Shown in pieces: positions 29,023 through 42,630 of a DNA stretch of 64,000 bases (its first letter is position 1; every line of letters starts with the position of its first letter). The position numbers and the translations under genes were made by a program. The notes beneath the pieces were generated by a model, which did not search any database, was not told the origin of the DNA, and saw only the letters and a program-made list of their open reading frames with translations. The stretch is from the human T2T-CHM13v2.0 reference genome, Homo sapiens. The stretch is taken from the NCBI RefSeq assembly GCF_009914755.1, contig NC_060929.1; one strand, given 5' to 3'.

Positions 29023-30067
29023 ATTAGAGCCCACACCTTTGATCACTCACTACAAGGTATGAGGAGGAATGTAGGAAAAATGTATGACACTTTTGCTTTG
29101 ACATTTTCTACGTGAATATGTATAAACATTTCACACACCTGAGGATTATGGATATATATAATTTAGCAGCTCCTAGCAAAAAGGGAAGCAATTTGGGTTA
29201 GTTTTAAGAATGTTCAAAAGAAAAGAGAATCAAGATTTGTTCAAACTCCCAACACCATTGTGGATATTCCTCCTTTTCACATATAAGAAAGCAACCTCAG
29301 GAAGTTTTGTATAAATTTTTCCAATGTCACACAGCTAGTGCGGTGTTGAGCCAGGACTTTAACCCATATTCTGGTTGCAAAGCTTATGATCTTCCCTTGC
29401 AGGACTTAGAAATAGGAGGATATAACTGATGCTTGCTTTTGGTATTATTATATTATTGTTGGTTTTACTGTATATTGATATATTGTAAAGTTTTATGATA
29501 GATATTACAGTGTGAATTTTTACTTTAACAAGAATAAGTTTCTATTTTATCGACACACTTTTCAAGTAGATGTTGAGATCTCCTAATAAAGCCGTCAGTG
29601 CTTCTTTGTTAACTTATTCCTAACAACTAGCATAACGGAGCCAATCAGAATCTGAACCATGCGGTAAGACTGCAGTGAGTCTAAGTTTGTAGAGTAAGTC
29701 AGAGGTCCTGGCAAAGAAAGCCTTGTTAGGCATTAGGACAAGCCTCCTGTGAGTTATAAGGAATTGCCTTGCAAATTGATGGAACATGAGAAAGTAATAT
29801 CAGCCATGATATTCCAGCACTTTTTAAGAAGACCTGACCTCATGTGTGAAGTCTGAGCCATAGTCCACTGAAAGACATAGCAGACCCCACCTAGGGTACC
29901 TAAGCATAGTGAGGGTTGGAGGTTACTTTTAATTCACAACATTAGGGCTTATCTCTAACACTAACATCTTCTTTCCCAGAGCTAGGAAGGCTCCTCAAAG
30001 GAAGAAGGGGAATACAACTTCAAGAGATAAATCCAGAACCCATTTGTTGTCAATCTTTGTTGTGTTT

Positions 30068-30100
30068 GGGGGGGGGGCTGTTGTTGTTGTTGTTGTTGTT
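30068..30100. repeat. G-run plus (GTT)n microsatellite
   Basis: Seen directly in the sequence. Confidence 0.85.
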
Positions 30101-30627
30101 TATATTAGCTTTAGATACTGACATATCACATACCAGATTTATTTCCTTTTGAACTACAATAGTATTGTGCTGCAGATTCTGAATAAATGTAAAATCAGAG
30201 TGGAGTATCAGCCACAAAGCTAATAGCAATACATTGAAAATTCATCAAGAAATTGCCAAGATTCTAGAAGACTACATTCTTCACCCAGAATATACCATCC
30301 CCATCTAACCCACATATAAGAAAAGTCGTTCTGAAAACTCTATGCTAACTGCAACAATGAAAGAACATTTAGCTTATAAAGGGGCACCTGTGTTCCTCTG
30401 GCCCCTGGAAAATACCTGAGTTTGTTTATTATTGAATTTACCTGAAAGCAAAACTTTCTTAAGTATTTCCTAGTCGCCTCTTAAGTTTTTAGTGTTTCCA
30501 ATGATAAATATTGAAGTTTGATCAAATGTAAAGTAACTAATTCTGTTTATCTCCTAAGTTTGTTTTCAAAGCTAAGAAAATATTAATAAAGTCTCAGACT
30601 TACATACGTAACATTGTTCTTGTTCTA

Positions 30628-30792
30628 TTGGTTCTCAGAGTGTTGTCCCCAAAGCAGCATTCTGTTTCTCAAGGTGTAGGCCCCACCCCAAACCCACAGA
30701 ATCAGAAACTCTGGGAGTAAAGACCAGCAATCTGTGTTTTAACAAGCCTTCAGGTGATTCTGATATCAGCTAACGTTTTGGAATTACTGCTT
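30628..30792. mobile_element. MER5A-like hAT MITE
   Basis: 'ggttctcagagtgttgtcccc...agaatcagaaactctggg...caatctgtgttttaacaagccttcaggtgattctgat'. Confidence 0.8.
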
Positions 30793-33289
30793 AAACTATA
30801 TTCCATTGAAACTGCTTTCAACCTGACCCTATTTTCTTAAGTGGTCTTCAAGTTCATATAGCCAATAAAACTTTTTTTTTGTATTGAGTGTGAAATATAT
30901 CAATTTTTGTTTCCTCAGGTGTATTTTTTGTAGTTCTAGTTGTCGTATAGCATGTTTCACGTAAGCTGAAGCGTTGCCTCATTGCCTTGCTGTTTCTTAC
31001 CTTATCATCTTTGCATATACCCTTCCCTCTGTCAAATTTCCACACCATTGCCTCTCTTCAATTTCCCACTTGTAAAAATAACATCCCTTTAGAATTTGAT
31101 GTGAGGATTCAATGAGAAGGTATATGTGTATGTACACATACTTGGAACAGGACTTGGAACATTTTTGGAATAGAGGAAAAGAAAGCCATGTGAAATTCTA
31201 ATTAATTACTTTATCAATTACAATTTTTAATAAATTTACTTCATAAAAGAAAATTTTGGTTTATTCATAAAATTAAGGGCAAATACTGAAACTTGCCATG
31301 TATCTCATTTTGGTTTAATGAAGAACAGTAGAGGTATATGTAGGCCAGCTGTTCACCGTATTCTATAAAATGGTAGTTTTCATGCATGAAGCATGAATCA
31401 AACCTAAGTTAAGAACCCACATAAATATAAATAAAGCATCTTTTCTATTTGGGCTGAACTACTTTGGATTTTATATTAGCTAAATTAAAAATATGTTTTT
31501 ATTAGGTGCAAGCAGTTTCCAAAGTGCTTTTCCTGGCTCACATCTTGTCCTTATTTTCTTGAAGGGTCGGTCTAGCACAGTTCAAGCAAGTTTTCTGGTC
31601 CTGTTTGTCTGCCAGGTGGTAACAGAGTAGGAAACCCACAGAGAGGTTAAGTCTATGAAGCCTTATGGAAAAGAAAAACTGACCTTTTCTACAGCAGTGA
31701 CCTAGGAATGAGTCAGCTCTTGCATCCAGTCACTAGTGACTCTGAGGATAAAGCTTATTTTCAGCTAAATGCCAATTAGGGTTTCAGAGGCAGAGAATGT
31801 GCAGATTCATGTAGAGCAAATCTTTAAGCCACTATAATAGGTGAGAGTTTTTACAAAAGTCAAGAAACACAGATGATGTCCCCTGCTGTGGCTTTGTGTC
31901 TATTGTATCCAAAAAGCTTTTATACCATATTATGTGTTTTATGTGTCTAGATGGCTAGAGAGGAAAGAAAACTCAGTTTGGGATTTTTTTTTCCCCTTAA
32001 AGTAGGAGCTTTCTTGTTACAGTTGGAAAAATACAAAAACTTCCCTTTTCTCTCCTTACTGATTCCTTGCCTCTGCCTATCCCCTGCCCCCATGGCTCTT
32101 AGGATGGGGAAAAAAAACTAAAAAATGAGAGTGAAAAGGTATTAATTCCCCAAAAACACCCTTGTAGTGGCATAGTGGCCATATGCAAGAGCTGAATAAT
32201 TCCCAGAACAGAAGCATATATCAGTGTAGTTCCCAAAATGTTGAATTTTGGGAGGTGATATCAAATTTGAGCAAAATGTTTTTGAGTGATTTGGACTTGC
32301 AGTTTTATTAAATTCATACAGCCAGTTTATTCCTCATCATGGTTAATAAAATTGCCATGGAAATATTAAGAAACCTTTTTAAAAGTCTCAATGCTGTCAT
32401 TGTAGTTATAGATGTGTTACTTAGTACAAATTGAAATACACCCTGTGGTAAAATTTATTCTGCAAAAATAAAAAATCTGTGTTGCATAAGCATTCAAATA
32501 TGTCACACTTTTTGTTCTTAACGTAATATAGTCACTCCAAAATATTTGAGATTTTGCATGAGATCATGGTAGAAATCAAAATGTTTTAACAAGTGGATTC
32601 TTAAATTGGTTAAAAAAAAAAAAAAAAATACATGATCCATTAAGTGTCTTGAACACTGGAGTATTTTTATTTGATTAAATTTAACTTTACAATGATGATT
32701 TCTTTTAATTTTAGAAATGAGCACAGAAAGAATGATGAATCATAATGTCTACCAAATTTGTTCAAGGAAAATTATTTGAAATATTCCCCTCAAAAAAGAA
32801 ACTTCTTTTTTTCTAAACAGAAATAAATTTTTCTTTATAACCAGAATTAATAGTTTATTAAATCATTAAGTCATGTGATATTGCATTCTACAGAGCTAGC
32901 CATTGTTTTCATTTTGGTAAACCACCTTGCAAATCTTTGTTTTTGTTTGGTGGCATGTACACATATATTCACAAACATACAATTTTATATAAACTGAATA
33001 ATTATTTGCTTTTATTATATTTATAAACAGTGTTGTCATGAACACCCATTACATTCTTCTTTTGTGCTTGACAAGGAGCTTGAGCACTTTGGGATTCTTA
33101 TGATAAGTATATAGAATTGCTGAGTGGAAGGGTACACACATTTAGCAATGATACATTTTGCCAGTGCTTGAGAGAACTGAATTGTTTTTCATACCTTTAA
33201 AAAAAATCCCATGATATTATAATAACAAAAAATTGCAGCTTTAGGCAATCTCAAAGAATGATTAGCACTACCAACAATTTAGTTTGGTT

Positions 33290-33850
33290 TAATGTATTTA
33301 TTGAGTATTGAATGCTGATTTTATGTCAGATTTGGTGCTAATTATTGGAGTTGCAAAAGTGAAATGAATACAGTTTTATTGGACTACTGGAGATTACAAA
33401 GAAAATAAACAGCCTGCTAAAATACAATATGATAAGCTTGATGGTAAGGATAATATAGGGAGCTTGTGCATCAGTATTGAGAGTCCAGTAAAGTCTTTAT
33501 GGAAAACATGGCATGGAAGCTATGATCTGAAGGATGACTATGAGTTATGAGCAGAAGGGAAGTGGAAGAGAGAGGAGTGTTTTAGGTCATGAGGAATAGA
33601 TGTTAAAGATTATATTATACATTCTGAGAACTAACAGGATTTTAGGATGTGGGAATGCATGCAAAAAGTGAGGCAAGAGATAAAGATGGAGAATGAAGCA
33701 GAGCTGAGACCATGAAGAACCTTGCAGTCTTAAGGAGTTTGGACTTTGAGAATTAAGGGTCACTGTAGCATTGAAGTGATGAGATCAAATTTCTCATCAC
33801 TTTAAATATTGTTTAAAATATTGTTCTGGCTCTAGTTTGGGCAGGGACTT
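33290..33850 (-). mobile_element. L2 fragment
   Basis: 'tatttattgagtattgaatgc...gatctgaaggatga...taaggagtttggacttt' L2-like sequence. Confidence 0.65.
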
Positions 33851-34355
33851 CCAGGCAAGCAAATCACAGAGCCCCAAGGCCAAAAAGATGTGATACACTT
33901 GATTTGGGCAGGCATCTGTACCAAAAGAGTCCAAGCCTATCAGTTAGACAAGGCAGTAAGAAAAGGCAAATTTTAAGGTCAGGTGAGCAAAAGCACTGTT
34001 TATCTAATTGCTCTTCTGTCTTGAAAAAGCAAGCAAAATACTTCCTGGGAGACTTGGAAACTTCAACCCATGCAGTGAGGAAAGAGCCTGGATTTAGAAT
34101 TTGAAAAATGCATCATAACAATAGTATCATCATCAACATCATACTGTGTTGTTATTATCAGGAAGGCCACATTTAGGTATACTTGATTATAGACCTAAGG
34201 TAAGGATAAATATAGGGAGCTTGTGCATCAGTATTGAGAGTTCAGAAAAGTCTTTGCAGAGAATATGGCATGGAAGCTGAGATCTGAAGGATGACTTTGA
34301 GTTATGAGGAGAAGGGAAGTGGAAGAGAGAGGAGTGCTTTAGGAGGAATAGATGT
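33443..34355 (+). repeat. Dispersed direct duplication of ~160 bp (33443-33603 and 34199-34355)
   Basis: Both copies begin ggtaaggataa(a)tatagggagcttgtgcatcagtattgagagt and end gaggaatagatgt. Roughly 85-90% identical by eye. Confidence 0.9.
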
Positions 34356-35601
34356 GACTCAAACAGAATGACTCATTTTATGCCTTATTCTTGAATAGAT
34401 GCTCATGATAGATCTCTCATGCATAACTGGTTCAGGACCCAGGTGGAATGGGCTTGCATGGGAAGGAGGCACTTCAATGTCTGTACCTGCACTGTATGAG
34501 AGAGGCAGGGCCAAAAGTTCCTAAACGTGAAAAGCTTCAGTAATTCAAGAGGATCACTTATATGCAGCTTCATTTGTGAAACGCTTTGTAAAGCTTTATG
34601 ATATCCTAGAAGCCATTTTATATAATTTTGATACATGCCGATGAAAGTCTAGATGAATGCCAGAGAAACTTCCACCTCATTTTTTTCTTATTTAATCTAT
34701 ACCATGTACTATATTTAAATCATTTGTCCATATATTCATTTTTTTACATAATGTTGAAAGTGTTTTGATGTCGGTAAAGCAAATTTAACAAGGCAAGAAC
34801 ACTATAGGAAATGGGAAATCTTAAAGAATTTACATAATGCTTATCTGTTACCAAGTATGGCTTTCACAAAAATGACCTCATCCTCTTTAAATCCTGATCG
34901 ACATCATTCTATCTGATGCTCTTATCTCAGTGATTTTTATTCTGTGTGCTATATTTTAGACGTCTGTCTTCACAACAAAATTTCTCCTCTTCCCAAACCC
35001 CCACATTTCCCTCTGATGGGTCCCAGATTAGTATTCTGTACTCTTTCTCCCTTAGTGTATGCCTATATTTATTTAGCACCAACAACATACTGAGTCACAG
35101 TGTTGGATACTGTGATAAATGTGGTTCATTAATATTTTTCCTAATGACTTCAGTTTTTCATGAAAATGATGCCTACTCAGTATAAAAAATTAAGGCAATA
35201 GAGCAGAAAGAAAAGAAAATAGAAACCCAAAATAACAACACACCTAAAAATATTCTGTGAACACGGAAGGTGTACAAAAGGAATGCATAAGCTTTTCGTT
35301 TTGTTTTGTTTCGTTCACTTAGAAGCATTATTTTAAAAATAGCCAAAGAAAGAAAGCTTTTTTCCAAGGACAGTAAAGGTCAGTCAATTAAAGGAAGTCT
35401 ATTAATGTAATATAGCATATTAATAAATTGAACAATAGTATTTCAATTTTTAAAATACATCAATTAAGTAACAAAACAACATTCCTTCTAATAAAAATAT
35501 TAAATATAAATAGGTCTTCTCTGTGATAAATAGTAGTTCCTTTTCTAAACCAAAATTCAAAGTATTATAGCAATAGACCCTTCTCTCTTAAATTAAGGTA
35601 G

Positions 35602-36755
<1,154 letters not shown>

Positions 36756-38009
36756 TGATTGTTAAAATCTCTATTTCTAGGTTCCTGAGACCAGTAACTC
36801 AGAGTGTTCAACTATCAGTTCCAATGCTTATTGCTCTGGTTTTCAGTCCCCCTCCTCATTTTCCAAACCCTGGATATTGCCCTTGATTTCTAGTGAGCTA
36901 AACATATGTATTTAAAGGTGTTTTTAAAAATGTACTCTATTCAGCACTTCTATGTGTTGAGTCACAAGAGAGTTTTCAGGTTATCTAGTATACTGCCTTA
37001 CTAGAAATGGAAGTCAAATTTGTTTTTCATGTTGAATTAATATCATTTGTAAAGTTGGATTGTGAAATAGACATTTGGCTAAAGACTGGGTTTCTGCCAC
37101 AGCAAATGTACTCCACTTCTGTGAAATCTTGGCTAAGCCAAGTTTTTGTTATGAAATAACATATTTGATTCTGAGATTTTTACTTGGTGCTTAGACAGAA
37201 TAGCAATATCACCTACTGATATTATTGGCACTTTATGATTTTGTTTAAGATACACTGTTTAGTGTGTTTTGAAAAAAAGAATAAAATTTTCTAAGATTTG
37301 AAAGAGATCTTACAAAGATTAGGGGTCATCTACATTAGACTTCTAATCTTTTCATTAAAAATACATATGATCTTTCATATGGAAGGAGTAAGATTGTAAG
37401 TTTAAAGGCTATATACAAGTGTGTTTAGATTTCTCCTTTTCTTTCTAAATTACAATATATTTAAAGATATGGATATAGTCTTTTTATTCGTAAGTAATGG
37501 TGTAGCAGATTATAAAGGGCACATAGAACATTAGCTCTCAGATTAAATGTTATCTTTTGATAGATACCTTTCAGGATCACTTAGACTAAAATAAGGTAGG
37601 TTCTCTGTTAGCCTCCCTCATAGAATTTCTAAGTATGTATGCATTTCTTTGTTGACTCGCTTATTCCTTACCTTTTCAGCTAGGTTATAATGAAAGAAAA
37701 TAAGCAATTCACTTTGAAGCATTTAGTGACCAGAGTTAGGATATGGGAATTTTGTAATTTTTAGTTTTTTTAAAACTGTTACATTTCTCACTTGCATAGC
37801 ATATATTTAATCTAAGCAGTGCCCCAAACACAAAAACTAATCACTGTGCTTTTGAAATCTGTATCTCCATGGAAACAATGGAAAAACTTGCCTTTTTAAT
37901 CTCTTTTGTTAGACTGAGATCTCATTTTGTCATTAATAGATTCTGTAAATAGCAAGAATAGGAATAGTGGTAGTGGTGGAGGTGAAAGCAATAATAATAA
38001 GAGAAGCAA

Positions 38010-38215
38010 ATTTCTGTTTAGTACTATCTTGGGCCAAGTACTATGCTAAGTATGCTAAATAATTTCCATAGAATCTTAGTTCTTTCTTACAACAACCTTA
38101 CTATTCTTTTCATTTCTAGGTGAGTGAACTGAGGCTTACATTGGTTAACTTAGTTGTCCAATGCGGTACTGCTAGTAATAGGTAGAACAGAGCTTCGAAC
38201 ACAGAGTGGAGTTTT
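38010..38215. mobile_element. MIR
   Basis: 'cttacaacaacctta...ttttcatttctaggtgagtgaactgaggcttacattggttaacttagttgtccaa' MIR core. Confidence 0.7.
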
Positions 38216-39170
38216 ATTGACTAACTTTTGTTAGATATTTGCATGATATAAGTATACATTTTCAAAATGTGTGTATAAACTACAGTACATTTTGGCACTT
38301 TTTGAAATATGGTGAACCTACATCTCTGCTACAGCTGATGATACTGTAAGTCTAAAAATTGTATGAAACATCTATAATTTTAATACATATGATGGGCTTT
38401 TATTACAGCTATTTTATGATTTTATCAACAGCCAAGCTGCTGTTTCACTACAAACAGATTGGATATCTTTGTGATTAAAGCAGCAGGCTAAAGACCATGA
38501 AGGGTATACTGTTTGGTTTTCAATCATTTCCATGTGTTATGAATTCTTATCAGATGTTGGGAAATAGCAGGCTTAAACTAACTGCAAGTGCTACATCCGT
38601 GGTCCAAGAAACAATAGTCTGTAATGGGCATGTGTTTAGCCATCAGCTTGTTTAACAAGGCCTCTAAGCAAGTTCATTTACCATCATATATAAGAAACTA
38701 ACACATATTCCATTTATGTAGATTTAAGATCTCTCCAACAGCATGTCACTCAGGTCTTGATAATCTTCATCAATTTTTTAAATGTGAATATTAGAGAAGA
38801 TCAGTGCTTGACTTCATCACCCTTATATTAAAATAATATTTCTCGTGACATAAGAAAAAATAATAGATATAACTAGAAGTTTTCCTAAGGCACATTCCTA
38901 GAAACTGGAGAAAATGAAAAAAGCATCTGGGAAAAAATAAAAACTAGACTGACAGTTATGCAAGATACTTGACATTTCCATTTTAAATCCTCAATCGCAT
39001 GTTCAAAAGCTGCACAGTTAAAAAATAATTGCAGGATTTTAAAAAACTACTTCAATCAAGTAATAACGAATGATCTTATAAAAATTGTAAATATGTTGAC
39101 ATTGTAGTAATAAAAATTTTCTTATGTAGTTATTTATTTATAGTATCTCCTGTTGTATAGAAGATATTCA

Positions 39171-39847
39171 GCTTAAATCCCTCTACTGGATATTATTTAA
39201 AGAAAAGGAAATTGTTATATCAAAGGGATACCTATACCCCCATGTTTATTGCAGCACTATTCACAATAGCCAAGATGTGGAGTCGACCTTAGAGTCCATC
39301 ATTGGATGAATGGAAAAAGAAACTGTGGTGTACATACACAATGGAATATTACTTGGCCATAAAAGGATGAAATCCTATCATTTGCAGCAACGTGGAAGGA
39401 ACAAGAGGTCACTGTGTTAAGTGAAATAAGCCAAGCATAGAAAGACAAATATCGTATATTCTCAGTCATATGTAGGAGCTAAAAACCTTGATCTCATGGA
39501 GGTAGAATGCAGAATGATAGATACCAGAGGCATCTGGGTTTGTGTGTTGGGGGGGATGAAGAGAGATTGGGTAATGAGTATAAACAGTTGAATAGAAAGA
39601 ATAAGCTCCATCCTCAATAGCAGAGTAGGTTGACATAGTTAACAATAATGGATTGTATACTTCAAAACAGCTAGAAGGGAGGACTTGAAATTTACACAAC
39701 ACAGAAATGTTAAGTGCTTGAGGTGATAGATACCCTTAATATCCTGACTTTACCATTACGTATTCTATAGCTGTAACAAAATACCACATGTAGCCCATAA
39801 AAATGTACACATATTAGAAATCAATAAAAATTGTAAATAAATAAAAT
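39171..39847 (+). mobile_element. L1MA 3' end
   Basis: 'catgtttattgcagcactattcacaatagccaagat...aagtgaaataagccaagcatagaaagacaaat...tcaataaaaa'. Confidence 0.88.
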
Positions 39848-40594
39848 ATTCAGTTTAAAGGTAAGGTATGAGTCTAAAAGTACTTTTCACTTATTAGGTG
39901 GTTAGCAGGTTGAGTGAAAACTGCATGAAGAATTAAGATGTCAGTGTCATGTTGATAATTCTATTATTTTCTTGGATAATTTTGAAAAATCTCTTGCCAT
40001 CTCTATACTTCAGCTTTTTTGTGTCTAGGATGAAGACGTCAACACTCAGCATCTCGCTGCTTCCTTAGTGATGTGAATGAAAACCAAGGAAATAATTTTA
40101 ATTCAAAATGTGCTTTAAAATGCCAAATCAAAAGGAATTAAAATGATCTGCGTGGTATAACTTTTTACACTTATAATTTTGATTATGCATTTTAGAAACA
40201 TTATTTTTTGCCTTACTTAAACTATTTTTCTGTGATGATGAAACTGAGGCAAAGAAGGAGAATTAATTGCCTTTTCATGGCCAAATAATGCTGTTTAGTC
40301 TAGGTCTTTTGGTAAACACATTTCTTCCCAAGACCCCCACCCAAATACTTTGTCTAATCATTTGGAATGCTATAAGTTGACATTAGTTTTAAATGAAGAA
40401 AACAACTCATCACTGGCATTAGAGTAGATATCTTTAGCATTAATAATTAGTGTCATTTTATCATTAATTTTCACAGTTTTAATTCTTTAAATTGCTAATG
40501 TAATTTAACAGTCATGAGTTGGTTGTAGTATATTTTGAATATAAAAATAAATGCCTTCTAAGCACCAGGTAGTCAGCACTGTCCTGGGTTACAG

Positions 40595-40597
<3 letters not shown>

Positions 40598-40626
<29 letters not shown>
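40598..40626. repeat. Poly(A) run (~29 nt)
   Basis: Seen directly in the sequence. Confidence 0.9.
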
Positions 40627-40627
<1 letters not shown>

Positions 40628-40769
40628 CACCTGTTAGTGTGCCTACTCATATTAATCCTAAATCTTTGCATCAGTTTTGCATATTATATATGTTGAATAT
40701 AGACACAATGTATAGATGAGAAAACTGAGGATCAATGAGGTTGACAATTTTCCAAAGCTATACTCAAGT

Positions 40770-42630
40770 GCCACTTTTTCCATGAAGGCTTAAAAGATGT
40801 GGAAGATTTTAGTAGACAGAAATAGGGGAAAAACACCATTTTAAGTAGTGGAAATGGCATGAACAAAGGAGTATGTGTACTGAATCTCAAAGTTTGCCAT
40901 GGTAATTATGACTAGTATGTTTTGACTGAAATTTAGAGTAACTGTAGAGGATATGTGGGGGATAAAGTTGAAAAAAAGTAGTTTGAAGTTAGGTCATGAG
41001 AGAGACTTAATTACTTAAGAAAGAAATTAGTGCATAATTCAATAGGATTTAAGGAGCTGTGAAGATCAGGGGAGTAGAACTGTAGGATTTGGGGTATGTG
41101 TTATAAAATGAATGGAAGAAAGGTCAGACTGGAGGCACGTAGACCAAGTAGGAGACTGTTAACCAAGTGAAGTCCTGATGGCCCAAACTAGATTGCTGTC
41201 ACTAACCATAGAAAGGAAAAGACTTTATAAAGGAAAAAGGAAAGATGTAGTAAGTAAGCGAGTGATAACTAGAAGGTGGGCTTGACAACCAGCATTGTGG
41301 TAGCTTTATCAGAAATAGAAAAGAGAGGAATTAGTTGGTGTTCGTTGAGGAGCTAACATTATCAATCTCACTTTTAAAATGGTAAATTTGATGCATTTGT
41401 GGTATGTCTAGTGGAATTTTTCATCTGGCAGTTAGAAATGTCAATTTAATCTTGAAAGTGGAAATAGGTAAAAGATAGGCTAATAATCTTGATTTTATAT
41501 GTTGGGTGCATTAAGACAGAGAGAATTGCAGTCCTGAGTGTTGATGAAATTTATAGAGAGGAAAAGAAGGTTGAGAAGCATCTAATTTTGAGGAGCAGAA
41601 GGTAGAAAAGTAGAACCAGTGGAAGCAGAGAAAGAATATCAAAGAGGTAGGATAAGATCCTAAGTGTCCTAAGACACTCATGACACTATTTCTGAAATAG
41701 CAGAGGGGCAAAGTGGGGTAAGATGTTCAACAAAGTTGGATTCTTTTCAAGGTCTAAGTTACAATCTAACCAGAAGCCATTGAAATTTGTGATTAGGGGG
41801 TCATAAGTTACTTTTGAGAGAGCCATTTAAGGAGTGTGTGGATTACAAGTCAGGTATTAAAATGGGTGGATAGTGGGTTAAATGAAGACACTAAGAACAG
41901 TTGAGAAATCGGTTGCAAAAAAAAAAAATGGAAAAGCCAAAGGTGTGAAAAAATTGAGGGAAAATATTGTCACTTTACTCACAAATGCTTGGCATTTATA
42001 CTTTACCCCAGATCCTTTTCTCAGCTCTATCTTTCATTACTAGTTACCTTGCCCCACTTTAAATTATTTTATACAATAGCCAAATACCTTCATGTTTTAG
42101 CATGTACCCTGTTTTTCCACCTCTCTTTCTTGGTTTAGACACACTGCTTGGATGCGTCTTCATTCTGTCTGTAAATAGCTAATTCCTACTTATCACTTAT
42201 CTTTCACATCACAGTTCACATGCTTCCTCTGTGAGGCCATCTCTTATTTGTCCTGCAGTACTCTTTTCTTCACTGAATTTCAAAATGCTTCAATCATTTA
42301 TTTGTCATGGAAGTTGCTGCTTTTTATTATGTACTGTTTTTATTATTGATGTACATGGCTTATATCCCTCCTTGGAATTTAGGCTCCTTGAACATTTTCT
42401 CAAGGTGTCCATGAAACAACATGGAAAGAGCATAGACCTGGAGTTCAGATAGTCACATTTTTAATTTCTAGCTCTGTCACTTACTCACTATGTGACTTCT
42501 AAAAAGGTGTTTATTTTATCTTCATAAACGTCAGCCTTTTTACCTATAAAATGCCTATATCACAGCTCATTAAAAAGATTATTGAGGGATAGAGGAGGTA
42601 ACTGATTTACAGAACCTAGCAAAGTGAGGT
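40770..42630. mobile_element. Degraded L2 fragments and a MIR
   Basis: Purine-rich L2-like body to ~41900, pyrimidine-rich L2 3' part at ~42030-42400, and MIR 'ctagctctgtcacttactcactatgtgactt' at ~42420-42625. Confidence 0.55.

Noticed and set aside
29635-29665. CCAAT box (agccaatcag) as a promoter
   Set aside because: It is an isolated motif with no CpG island or other supporting promoter elements.
40598-40626. Poly(A) as the tail of a hidden retrocopy
   Set aside because: There is no convincing TSD (only aagcacc, 7 bp) and no recognisable body, so simple expansion is more likely.
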